NCBI GenBank assembly: GCA_963548485.1
Contig: CAUUUT010000001.1
Coordinates: 6,745-70,744 of the forward strand
Direction: 5' to 3'
DNA: 64,000 nt
Origin: an uncultured Streptococcus sp.
GTDB lineage: Bacteria > Bacillota > Bacilli > Lactobacillales > Aerococcaceae
Shown: positions 22,034 to 32,004 of the stretch, piece by piece
Layout of the letters: every line of letters starts with the position of its first letter
How positions within the stretch are numbered: the stretch's first letter is position 1
Position numbers and translations under genes: made by a program
The notes under the pieces: generated by a model
The model's input: the letters and a program-made list of their open reading frames with translations, nothing else
What the model was told of the DNA's origin: nothing
Database searches by the model: none

Positions 22034-22079
22034 AAAAAAAGAAGACTTCCTTAGCACAAGGCTAGGGAAGTCTATTTTT
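22034..22079. terminator. Bidirectional terminator between apt and mvaA
   Basis: AGACTTCCTTAGC...GCTAGGGAAGTCT stem with flanking A/T runs. Confidence 0.82.
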
Positions 22080-23358
22080 ATTTTCTCAATTCTTCTAATA
22101 GAGCTTTGGCAGTTTCTTGATTTAAGTGAGGGGCTTTACTAAGTAAGTTCATAAGGAGTGGCAGTTCTTCTTGGGTTGCTCCAACTGCAAGGCCTAAAGA
22201 TTTTGCTTGCAGTCGCATATGCCCCTTTTGAATACCGTCAGTCACAAGAGCTCTAATGGCTGCAAGGTTTTGCGCTAATCCAATCGAAGCGATAATTCCA
22301 GCTAATTCAATGGCGCTTGGATGTCCCAGTAATTCGTGCGCAAATTGGGCTCCTGGATGAATCGAAATTGACCCACCAACCGTTCCAACAGGAAGCGGAA
22401 GAGTGATCGTTCCAACCAGATTACCTTGTTCATCTTTTAACCATTGTGTTAATGGTTGATACTGACCACTTAAACTTGCATAGGCATGAGCACCAGATTC
22501 AATCGCACGCCAGTCATTACCTGTGGCGATGACTACTGAATCAATTCCATTCATAATTCCTTTATTATGCGTTGCTGCACGATACGGATCTGCTTTTGAA
22601 AATTCACTTGCTAAAACGATTCTGTCTCGGACCTCTTCACCTTTAGTCGTTTTAGTATCTAAGATTCTTGGAGAGAGAACGCATTTAGCCGTTACAACTG
22701 AGTTTGTTGCAAGATTCGAGAGAATAGCCATGATGCTTTCGCCTTCGGTCAATGCTTCTAATGGAGACACGAGTGCTTCGAGGATGGTATTGAGCATATT
22801 GGCTCCCATTGCTTCCTTTGTATCGACTGATACGTAGAAAATATAGAATCGTTCCCTGTCAGAAGATTTTTCTTCTACCCATAACTCACGAATACCACCA
22901 CCACGCTTCACAATAGAAGGGTGAGCGTTATTTGCAATCGAAAATAGAGCTTCTTTTTGATCCTCTAGTTTCGTTTTCACTTCGTCTAATGTGAGAGGTG
23001 AACGAACAATAGCAATTTCACCAATCATTTCTCGTTTCTTTTGAAGCGTAGTTGTTCCGCCAGCTAAGTTGATTAATTTCGAAGCATAGCTTGCTGCAGC
23101 TATCACAGAAGGTTCCTCGGTTACCATTGGAATGATATAACTTTTCCCGTTTACAATTAATTCAGGCACAATACCATAGGGTAGTCCGTATATTTCAATT
23201 TGGTTTTCGACCATTTGATTAGCGATGGATTCTGGAAGTGCAAGACCATTGTTTAGTAACTCTTTAGCTTTAGTAGTTAAAGTCGGATGATTGAATAATG
23301 TTTCTTTTCTTTCTTCAAGAGATTTTTGATAAAACTTATAAAAAGGGTTGTTTTGCAT
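22078..23358 (-). CDS. mvaA: Class II HMG-CoA reductase (stand-alone)
   Basis: ENQI, EEPSV, AMGAN, THNKGIMNG and GIQKGHM motifs. Confidence 0.93.
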   Translation of the reverse strand: MQNNPFYKFYQKSLEERKETLFNHPTLTTKAKELLNNGLALPESIANQMVENQIEIYGLPYGIVPELIVNGKSYIIPMVTEEPSVIAAASYASKLINLAGGTTTLQKKREMIGEIAIVRSPLTLDEVKTKLEDQKEALFSIANNAHPSIVKRGGGIRELWVEEKSSDRERFYIFYVSVDTKEAMGANMLNTILEALVSPLEALTEGESIMAILSNLATNSVVTAKCVLSPRILDTKTTKGEEVRDRIVLASEFSKADPYRAATHNKGIMNGIDSVVIATGNDWRAIESGAHAYASLSGQYQPLTQWLKDEQGNLVGTITLPLPVGTVGGSISIHPGAQFAHELLGHPSAIELAGIIASIGLAQNLAAIRALVTDGIQKGHMRLQAKSLGLAVGATQEELPLLMNLLSKAPHLNQETAKALLEELRK

Positions 23359-23473
23359 CGATATGCTCCTTTCATACTTTCATTTAGTATAACAAATTTT
23401 TAAGGTTAGCGGGTAAATACAGGTAAATTTTACTGAAATGAGGTACACTAGTAGACGTGGAAGGAGAGATTTT

Positions 23474-24064
23474 ATGGAATTTATTCGTGAAGTAAATGGA
23501 AGTCGCTTATTATTAGTGGCTGATGAAGAGTATCAAAAAGAAGCAGAAGATATGCTTTCTTTCGTAGAAGAATATTTTGAAGAGAATTGGGATGAGGTCG
23601 ACACTTTAATTCCAATCCATTATGGACAAGTAAAAGTGATTCCTAAAGGTGAGGATTACCAAGTCGTAGTTCAAAATTACGAACATAAATTATTAGATGA
23701 ATGGGTTGAAGATTTCTCTTATTTCTTAGATATTATTCGTAAAACGATTCAAGCTGGTAAACGCACAAAAACATTAGGCCGTTTAATTCCATATCGTTTT
23801 GACGGACCTTTAGTTGTTGCAAATCATACTTTTGAAGTGGATGAGTGGTATGCACACCGTTTTGATGATGAAACTTGGTACATCGCGCCGATGGATCAAA
23901 CAATTGAAACGCAACCTCTTGAAGGAAACCAAGCGTATGAAATCTTTCCGGATTATCCTGAATTATATGAAATCATGCACTTGCCAACAGACTATATTGT
24001 TTTATTTAAGGGGCATGAAATCATTTCGGTCTTAAATATTGATAGTGAAGATGTTTGGAACTAA
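23474..24064 (+). CDS. Acidic hypothetical protein, possibly Imm33-like immunity-domain protein
   Basis: AAGGAG RBS before ATG 23474; C-terminal WYI...Y...P.L...LP..Y....G..I pattern recalls Imm33/DUF2185-type proteins (recognition only). Confidence 0.55.
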   Translation: MEFIREVNGSRLLLVADEEYQKEAEDMLSFVEEYFEENWDEVDTLIPIHYGQVKVIPKGEDYQVVVQNYEHKLLDEWVEDFSYFLDIIRKTIQAGKRTKTLGRLIPYRFDGPLVVANHTFEVDEWYAHRFDDETWYIAPMDQTIETQPLEGNQAYEIFPDYPELYEIMHLPTDYIVLFKGHEIISVLNIDSEDVWN

Positions 24065-24085
24065 GAAAGAGTGAAAGGATAAATT

Positions 24086-24829
24086 ATGGTAGAATCTATT
24101 TTACGTATGAATCATGTTGTGAAGGCCTATGAGTGTAATTGGAAGGGAGAATTATCCTTAAGTCATGTTGTAGGGATTATGATGCTAGCTTCGCGCAAAC
24201 AAGAGCGTTCGTTAGCACACCCTGATTTAATTTACCAAAAAGGCTTATCTTGGATTGTTATTCAGAACCAATTAACAGTAAACCGTCTTCCAAAATTAGA
24301 AGAAGAAATCATTATTGAAACAGAACCAGTTGGATATAATAAGTTCTTTACTTTCCGTCGTTATACGATTTTATCTCTGGATGAAGAAGTACTGGTAGAT
24401 GCTCTGACAACTTTTTCAATGATTAATATTGAAGAGCGAAAACTCATCTCACTGGATGAAGAAGTACTTAGTGAATATCCAATTGAGAATAAAAAGGATA
24501 ATCGCCGTAATCCAAGAGTTCCAAAAATTGATTTGGATCATGCGAATGTTCAAATGTACCGCGTTCGCTTAAATGATATCGATTATAATCACCATGTGAA
24601 CAACGCGAAGTATTTTGATTGGGTAATGGATAGCTTAGGTATGGAATTTGTTGGAAGTCACCGTCTAAAATCTGTTCTTGTAAAATACGATAAAGAAATT
24701 TTACCAGGAGCCTCTGTTAAGAGTTTTTATGAAATTCGACAAACTGAAAATGGCGTTCAAACATTACACCAATTGGAATCCGATGAACAAAAATGTTGCC
24801 ACTTATCTCTTGAGTGGGAAGCAAAGTAA
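24086..24829 (+). CDS. Acyl-ACP thioesterase (double hot-dog fold)
   Basis: DIDYNHHVNNAKY catalytic motif. Confidence 0.9.
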   Translation: MVESILRMNHVVKAYECNWKGELSLSHVVGIMMLASRKQERSLAHPDLIYQKGLSWIVIQNQLTVNRLPKLEEEIIIETEPVGYNKFFTFRRYTILSLDEEVLVDALTTFSMINIEERKLISLDEEVLSEYPIENKKDNRRNPRVPKIDLDHANVQMYRVRLNDIDYNHHVNNAKYFDWVMDSLGMEFVGSHRLKSVLVKYDKEILPGASVKSFYEIRQTENGVQTLHQLESDEQKCCHLSLEWEAK

Positions 24830-24834
24830 AATCC

Positions 24835-24863
24835 TTGTATTTTCATAGGAAATAGGGTACAAT
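24835..24863 (+). promoter_or_regulatory. Sigma-A promoter for rpsD
   Basis: TTGTAT-17 bp-TACAAT. Confidence 0.65.
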
Positions 24864-24869
24864 ACTTTT

Positions 24870-25005
24870 TGTGTAAAATATGCAGCAGAAATATAGAAGC
24901 TCGTCAACAGTCCTAGCCTTTAGGGTAAGGTAGTAACCGCGGCTGCAAAGGTGAACCCTTGTAGTGACTGCACGAATCGAAGATTTCGCGATTATTTTAC
25001 TCCAA
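24870..25005 (+). promoter_or_regulatory. Ribosomal protein S4 autoregulatory leader RNA (Bacilli type)
   Basis: About 165-nt 5' UTR with closing stem GTAAAATA/TATTTTAC and inner TGCAGC/GCTGCA pairing upstream of rpsD. Confidence 0.75.
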
Positions 25006-25035
25006 AAAAATAAACAATTATTGGAGGAATGTTCA

Positions 25036-25647
25036 ATGTCACGTTACACTGGACCAAGCTGGAAGTTATCTCGTCGTTTAGGCATTTCACTTTCAGGAAC
25101 AGGAAAAGAAATCGCTCGTCGTCCATACGCACCAGGTCAACACGGACCAAACAGCCGTAAAAAATTATCTGAGTATGGTCAACAATTACAAGAAAAACAA
25201 AAACTACGTCATATGTACGGTATGAACGAACGTCAATTTGCTACTTTATTCAAAAAAGCTGGCAAAATTAAAGAAGGTAAACATGGTGAAAACTTCATGG
25301 TTCTTCTTGAACAACGTTTAGATAACGTAGTATACCGTTTAGGTTTAGCAACTACTCGTCGTCAAGCACGTCAATTAGTAAACCACGGTCACATCACTGT
25401 GAACGGTAAACGCGTAGATATCCCTTCATTCCAAGTACAAGTTGGCGATGTTGTGGGTGTTCGTGAAAAATCACGTAACTTAACAATCATTAAAGAAGCT
25501 TTAGAAGCTTTATATGGTCGTCCAGAGTTCGTTACTTTCGACGAAGATAAATTAGAAGGTTCATTAAACCGTCTACCATTACGTGACGAGTTAACTTCTG
25601 AAGTTGACGAATCACTAGTCGTTGAATACTATAACAAACTTGGCTAA
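25036..25647 (+). CDS. rpsD: 30S ribosomal protein S4
   Basis: [16 protein letters not shown] start after [18 protein letters not shown] motif. Confidence 0.98.
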   Translation: MSRYTGPSWKLSRRLGISLSGTGKEIARRPYAPGQHGPNSRKKLSEYGQQLQEKQKLRHMYGMNERQFATLFKKAGKIKEGKHGENFMVLLEQRLDNVVYRLGLATTRRQARQLVNHGHITVNGKRVDIPSFQVQVGDVVGVREKSRNLTIIKEALEALYGRPEFVTFDEDKLEGSLNRLPLRDELTSEVDESLVVEYYNKLG

Positions 25648-25666
25648 TCTTATTAGACAATTTCAG

Positions 25667-25701
25667 AACTGGAATTCACTATTGTGGATTCCAGTTTTTT
25701 T
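25667..25701 (+). terminator. rpsD terminator
   Basis: AACTGGAATTCAC...GTGGATTCCAGTT stem plus T run. Confidence 0.82.
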
Positions 25702-25757
25702 ATTTATAATTTTTGTGAAGGTATATGAAATGATTACATAGAAGGAGGTTGAATCAA

Positions 25758-26174
25758 ATGATTCGTTATGTTGAAAATCCAGCTCTCAGTTTAGAAGAGG
25801 TACTGCCTTTATATGAGGCTGTAGGATGGACCAATTACACACAGCATCCAACCATGCTTAAAGCATCTTACGAAAACACTCTTCATATATTAGGAGCCTT
25901 TAATGAAGAAGGAAAGCTCGTTGGTGTGCTGCGCGCTGTTGGAGATGGTTCGTCTATTTTGTTTATACAAGATATTTTAGTGTATCCTGAATACCAACAT
26001 CAGGGTATTGGTACAAAATTGTTACAACAAACTTTAGAAAAGTACAAGAATGTATATCAAATTCAACTAGCAACTGATGATTCAAAGAAAACAGTTTCTT
26101 TTTATGAGTCTAATGGATTCACAAGTCTAGCATCTCTAAATTGCGTTTCATTCATATATACAGGAAATAAGTGA
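25758..26174 (+). CDS. GNAT-family N-acetyltransferase
   Basis: VYPEYQHQGIG acetyl-CoA motif and FYESNGF; AAGGAGG RBS. Confidence 0.88.
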   Translation: MIRYVENPALSLEEVLPLYEAVGWTNYTQHPTMLKASYENTLHILGAFNEEGKLVGVLRAVGDGSSILFIQDILVYPEYQHQGIGTKLLQQTLEKYKNVYQIQLATDDSKKTVSFYESNGFTSLASLNCVSFIYTGNK

Positions 26175-26235
26175 GCAAACTTTACTGACTTTTTATTATT
26201 TTATGATAGAATGAGAGAGTAAATGAAAGGAAAGA

Positions 26236-26544
26236 GTGGATACAATGCAATTAACAATCGATAAAAAAGCGCAAGCCTGGTTTGAAGAAGAGATGGGTGT
26301 ATCTAAAGAACGTGGTGTTCGTTTCCTAGGAAAGGTATACGGATGCAGTCCTATCCATGAAGGGTTCTCTCTTGCTGTTGAAGTAGATACTCCAAGCAAT
26401 CCTTATGTCAGTGTTGTAGAAAACGGCATTACTTATTTTGTGGAAACAGGGGATGAATGGTTTTTCCAAGGGCATAACTTAGAAGTAGGCTTTGACGAAA
26501 AATTAAAAGAGCCAAGTTACAATTATACAAAAATTGTAGATTAA
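26236..26544 (+). CDS. HesB/IscA-like protein (YneR-like)
   Basis: WF..EM, YG....GFSL and D.WFF pattern; alternative ATG start at 26245. Confidence 0.75.
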   Translation: MDTMQLTIDKKAQAWFEEEMGVSKERGVRFLGKVYGCSPIHEGFSLAVEVDTPSNPYVSVVENGITYFVETGDEWFFQGHNLEVGFDEKLKEPSYNYTKIVD

Positions 26545-26555
26545 TATAATAGATG

Positions 26556-26591
26556 AAAACGGGAGTGAAGTGTGAGCTAACTCCCGTTTTT
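26556..26591 (+). terminator. Intrinsic terminator
   Basis: AAAACGGGAGT...ACTCCCGTTTT. Confidence 0.75.
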
Positions 26592-26635
26592 ATTGGACTT
26601 TTTGTGATTTGTAGAGTACAGTTAGATAGTTATAA

Positions 26636-27802
<1,167 letters not shown>

Positions 27803-27869
27803 AGAATATAGAAATAGAGCAACTTTTTTGATAAAGTAAAAACATAGAAATTGGAAATGAGGTAAGATT

Positions 27870-28187
27870 ATGGATCAAATGACATTATTAATTGCATATG
27901 TTGTTGTAGCAGGGGGAGCATTTTGGTTCTTTGGACGCAAACAACGTCAACGTGCTAAAGAAATTCAAGCGCAAAGAGAAGCGATGAAAATTGGAGATAA
28001 AGTGGTTACGATTGGTGGATTACACGGTGTAATTTATAACATTGATACTGTAAATAATACGGTTGACTTAGATTGCGAAGGAGTGATCCTTACATTTGAA
28101 CGTATGGCCATTCATCATGTGGTAGCAGAATCAGCACCAACAAATAATGAATTGTATACTGATGAAGTAGCGACTGAAGAAGAATAA
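27870..28187 (+). CDS. yajC: Preprotein translocase subunit YajC
   Basis: Single TM plus GDKVVTIGGLHG; tgt-yajC synteny. Confidence 0.93.
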   Translation: MDQMTLLIAYVVVAGGAFWFFGRKQRQRAKEIQAQREAMKIGDKVVTIGGLHGVIYNIDTVNNTVDLDCEGVILTFERMAIHHVVAESAPTNNELYTDEVATEEE

Positions 28188-28190
28188 TCG

Positions 28191-28466
28191 ATGGATAAAG
28201 AGAGTTTAAAAAATCAATATAAGACTTGGTTGTATTATAAAGTTGTTGAATTTAATGACTTAGGCTACTCAACAATTGAAACGGAAGATTTAGCACATTA
28301 CTTTGCAGATTATCGTTGGAAGAAAAAAATTCCTGAGAATCTATTTGAGCAGATTTTTCAAATTAATCAATTAAGTATTAATGAGTATTTCGATTTTGAA
28401 TCTTTAGAAGCACAAACGAATAAAGAAATCACACTTGAGGATATCAATTTAAGTGAATTATTTTAA
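28191..28466 (+). CDS. ComN/YrzD-like post-transcriptional regulator
   Basis: K..EF..LGY...WKK...I..L.IN.YF pattern; position after yajC. Confidence 0.65.
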   Translation: MDKESLKNQYKTWLYYKVVEFNDLGYSTIETEDLAHYFADYRWKKKIPENLFEQIFQINQLSINEYFDFESLEAQTNKEITLEDINLSELF

Positions 28467-28470
28467 AAAA

Positions 28471-28502
28471 GGGAAGCTGGAGACATGCTGGCTTCTTTTT
28501 TG
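28471..28502 (+). terminator. Terminator after tgt-yajC-comN
   Basis: GAAGCTGG...CTGGCTTC hairpin (G-U pairs) plus T run. Confidence 0.55.
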
Positions 28503-28513
28503 TATAAAAAATT

Positions 28514-28527
28514 TGTAAAGGTTTACA
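28514..28527. promoter_or_regulatory. cre (CcpA)-like palindrome upstream of adhE
   Basis: TGTAAAGGTTTACA; further cre-like sites at 28621-28634 and 28651-28665. Confidence 0.45.
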
Positions 28528-28692
28528 AAAAGTTCCGAAAAAGTATTGCTATTTTGGGAATAATGGATAGAATGGAGGTATAGGTTAGGAATTTATTATG
28601 AAAGGGGATATGAAAACAAATGAATCTGTTTTCAAAGGAAATTTTTTCACTGAAAATGGTTTACATTTTTACAAAAATGGTGTAAGATAAGA

Positions 28693-28710
28693 ATGTGATA
28701 AAAATAACAA
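28693..28710. promoter_or_regulatory. Rex-like operator upstream of adhE
   Basis: ATGTGATAAAAATAACAA versus consensus TTGTGAANNNNTTCACAA, just upstream of the RBS. Confidence 0.55.
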
Positions 28711-28729
28711 ACACTGGGGGAAATCACAA

Positions 28730-31363
28730 GTGAGCGAAGAAAAAAACAACAACAAAGTACAACAAGAAATCAACCAACTCGTGGAGAATGGGTTGAAAGC
28801 TCTAGATGAATTCCGCTTGTTAAATCAAGAACAAGTGGACTACATTGTAGCAAAAGCATCTGTTGCTGCCTTAGACCAACACGGTGTATTAGCACAACAT
28901 GCTATCGAAGAAACAGGACGTGGGGTTTTCGAAGATAAAGCAACGAAAAACTTATTCGCCTGCGAACACGTGGTGCACAATATGCGTCACACAAAAACAG
29001 TTGGTGTTATTTCAGATGACGAAGTAACAGGATTAACTTTAATCGCAGAACCTGTTGGGGTTATCTGTGGTATCACGCCTACAACAAACCCAACTTCAAC
29101 TGCAATTTTCAAATCGTTAATCGCATTGAAAACACGTAACCCAATCGTATTTGCATTCCATCCATCAGCTCAACAAAGTTCTGCACATGCAGCTCAAATC
29201 GTTCACGATGCAGCGATTGCAGCAGGTGCTCCTGAAAACTGTATTCAATGGATTGAACATCCATCAATTGAAGCAACAAACGCTTTAATGAACCACGATG
29301 GTATTGCTACAATCTTAGCAACAGGTGGTAATGCGATGGTTAAAGCTGCATACTCTTGCGGTAAACCAGCTCTTGGGGTAGGTGCGGGTAACGTTCCTGC
29401 TTACGTTGAAAAATCTGCTAACATTCGTCAAGCAGCTCACGATATCGTAATGAGTAAATCATTCGACAATGGTATGGTGTGTGCGTCTGAACAAGCAGCG
29501 ATCGTTGATAAAGAAATTTACGATGATTTTGTTAAAGAATTAAAGAGCTATCACACTTACTTTGTAAACAAAAAAGAAAAAGCATTATTAGAAGAATTCT
29601 GCTTTGGTGTTAAAGCAAACAGCAAAAACTGTGGTGGTGCTAAATTAAATGCGAACATTGTTGGTAAATCAGCTGCATGGATCGCAGAACAAGCTGGATT
29701 CTCAGTTCCAGAAGGAACAAATATTCTTGCTGCAGAATGTAAAGAAGTCGGCGAGAAAGAACCTTTAACTCGTGAAAAACTTTCTCCAGTTATTGCAGTG
29801 CTTAAATCTGAATCACGTGAAGACGGTTTAGAAAAAGCTCGTCAAATGGTTGAATTCCACGGTTTAGGACACTCAGCAGCGATTCATACAGAAGATGCTG
29901 AATTAGCTAAAGAATTTGGACGTGTAGTACGTGCGATTCGTGTTATTTGGAATGCTCCTTCTACTTTCGGTGGTATCGGGGACGTTTACAATGCATTTAT
30001 CCCATCATTAACATTAGGTTGTGGTTCTTATGGACGTAACTCAGTTGGGGATAACGTAAGTGTTGTAAATCTATTAAATATCAAAAAAGTAGGGAGACGT
30101 AGAAATAACATGCAATGGTTTAAAGTTCCATCAAAAATCTATTTCGAACGCGATTCAATTCAATACTTACAAAAAATGAAAAATGTAAGCCGTGTAATGA
30201 TCGTAACTGACCAAGCAATGGTTAAATTAGGATTCTTACAACGTGTTATTGAACAATTAGAATTACGTCCAAACAAAGTAATTTATGAAGTATTCTCTGA
30301 CGTAGAACCAGATCCAGACATCACAACTGTAAATCGTGGTGCTGAAATTATGAAGAGCTTCGAGCCTGATACAATCGTAGCGCTTGGTGGTGGATCTGTA
30401 ATGGACGCTGCGAAAGTTATGTGGATGTTCTACGAACAACCACAAGTGGACTTCCGTGACTTAGTTCAAAAATTCATGGATATCCGTAAACGTGCATTCA
30501 AATTCCCAGAATTAGGGGAACGTGCTAAATATGTTGGTATCCCAACTACATCTGGTACAGGTTCTGAAGTAACACCATTCGCGGTAATTTCAGACAAAGC
30601 GAATAACCGTAAATATCCATTAGCGGACTACTCACTAACACCAACAATTGCAATTGTTGACCCTGCGTTAGTTATGACAGTTCCGGATTTTGTAACAGCT
30701 GATACTGGTATGGACGTATTAACGCACGCAATTGAAGCGTACACTTCAACTCTTGCAAACGACTATACAGATGGTTTAGCTCTGCAAGCAATCAAATTAG
30801 TATTTGAAAACTTAGAAAGCAGTGTGAAAAATGCTGATTTCACATCACGCGAAAAAATGCATAATGCTTCTACAATGGCTGGTATGGCATTTGCCAATGC
30901 ATTCTTAGGAATGAGCCACTCTATGGCGCATAAGATTGGTGGATTCTTCCATACAGTTCACGGACGTACAAATGCGATTCTATTACCTTACGTAATTCGT
31001 TACAATGGTACTCGTCCTGCGAAAACTTCAACATGGCCTAAATACAACTACTACCGTGCTGATGAAAAATACCAAGACATCGCTCGTATGTTAGGCTTGC
31101 CTTCTTCAACTCCTGAAGAAGCAGTTGATGCACTTGCAAAAGCTGTATACGAATTAGGGGAAGCAGTAGGAATCGAAATGAACTTCAAAGCACAAGGCGT
31201 TAACCACAAAGAATGGTTAGCTACAATCCATGAGATTGCAATGCTTGCTTATGAAGATCAATGTTCACCAGCGAACCCTCGTTTACCAATGGTTGCTCAT
31301 ATGGAAGAAATTCTTGCTGATGCATACTTCGGTTATAAAGAAAGACCAGGTCGCTTAAAATAG
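28730..31363 (+). CDS. adhE: Bifunctional acetaldehyde-CoA/alcohol dehydrogenase
   Basis: ALDH motifs PTTNPTST, GVGAGN and CASE; Fe-ADH motifs GGGS, PTTSGTGSE and HSMAHK; GTG start. Confidence 0.97.
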   Translation: MSEEKNNNKVQQEINQLVENGLKALDEFRLLNQEQVDYIVAKASVAALDQHGVLAQHAIEETGRGVFEDKATKNLFACEHVVHNMRHTKTVGVISDDEVTGLTLIAEPVGVICGITPTTNPTSTAIFKSLIALKTRNPIVFAFHPSAQQSSAHAAQIVHDAAIAAGAPENCIQWIEHPSIEATNALMNHDGIATILATGGNAMVKAAYSCGKPALGVGAGNVPAYVEKSANIRQAAHDIVMSKSFDNGMVCASEQAAIVDKEIYDDFVKELKSYHTYFVNKKEKALLEEFCFGVKANSKNCGGAKLNANIVGKSAAWIAEQAGFSVPEGTNILAAECKEVGEKEPLTREKLSPVIAVLKSESREDGLEKARQMVEFHGLGHSAAIHTEDAELAKEFGRVVRAIRVIWNAPSTFGGIGDVYNAFIPSLTLGCGSYGRNSVGDNVSVVNLLNIKKVGRRRNNMQWFKVPSKIYFERDSIQYLQKMKNVSRVMIVTDQAMVKLGFLQRVIEQLELRPNKVIYEVFSDVEPDPDITTVNRGAEIMKSFEPDTIVALGGGSVMDAAKVMWMFYEQPQVDFRDLVQKFMDIRKRAFKFPELGERAKYVGIPTTSGTGSEVTPFAVISDKANNRKYPLADYSLTPTIAIVDPALVMTVPDFVTADTGMDVLTHAIEAYTSTLANDYTDGLALQAIKLVFENLESSVKNADFTSREKMHNASTMAGMAFANAFLGMSHSMAHKIGGFFHTVHGRTNAILLPYVIRYNGTRPAKTSTWPKYNYYRADEKYQDIARMLGLPSSTPEEAVDALAKAVYELGEAVGIEMNFKAQGVNHKEWLATIHEIAMLAYEDQCSPANPRLPMVAHMEEILADAYFGYKERPGRLK

Positions 31364-31378
31364 TTGATTCTTAACGAA

Positions 31379-31411
31379 GAGAGTCTTAGACAAATTGTCT
31401 AAGGCTCTTTT
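31379..31411 (+). terminator. adhE terminator
   Basis: AGAGTCTTAGACAA-TTGTCTAAGGCTCT plus T run. Confidence 0.8.
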
Positions 31412-31471
31412 ACTATTTTTTTCGAATCTAAAATATGCTATACTAAATGAGGATAGGAAAGGAGATGGCTT

Positions 31472-31876
31472 ATGACTCCAAATAAAGAAGATTATATTAA
31501 AGCAATCTATAAATTAGGTGGCAGGGACGAATTTGTGTCTAATAAAGCCATCAATCAAATGTTGAATCTTTCAGCAGCTTCTACAACTGAAATGCTAAAT
31601 AAACTTGTACATGATGGGACAGTAGAATATATTCGTTATACTGGTGCTAAATTAACAGAAAAAGGTATTAAAGTTGCAGAACGTTTAATTCGATCTCATA
31701 AAATTTGGGAAGTATTCTTAGTGAACTCCTTAGGATTCAGTGGTGAAAGCGTCCATGAGCAAGCAGAAATTTTAGAGCATTCATCGTCTGTTGAAATGAC
31801 AGAACGTCTAGCTGAATTTCTAGGAAATCCAACTCACTGTCCTCATGGTGAAGAAATCCCACCTTATTCAGAATAA
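31472..31876 (+). CDS. DtxR/MntR-family metalloregulator (short form without FeoA domain)
   Basis: EDYIKAIY, HKIWE.FL, AEILEH and CPHG motifs; 134 aa. Confidence 0.88.
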   Translation: MTPNKEDYIKAIYKLGGRDEFVSNKAINQMLNLSAASTTEMLNKLVHDGTVEYIRYTGAKLTEKGIKVAERLIRSHKIWEVFLVNSLGFSGESVHEQAEILEHSSSVEMTERLAEFLGNPTHCPHGEEIPPYSE

Positions 31877-31885
31877 AGAGATGTT

Positions 31886-31913
31886 AAAACTGGTCTTTTT
31901 AGGCCAGTTTTTT
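31886..31913 (+). terminator. Intrinsic terminator
   Basis: AAAACTGGTCT...AGGCCAGTTTT. Confidence 0.7.
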
Positions 31914-32004
31914 ATTTTTGCTCTAGTATTTCGACTAAAATTTTAGTACAATAATAGTACAGTTTAAGTAGGGTGTTTCATTTTTTTAATACAGAGGGGA
32001 TATT

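Noticed and set aside
24964..25035. N-terminal extension of S4 in the ORF track
   Set aside because: It lies in the S4 leader RNA; the canonical MSRYTGP start with GGAGG is at 25036
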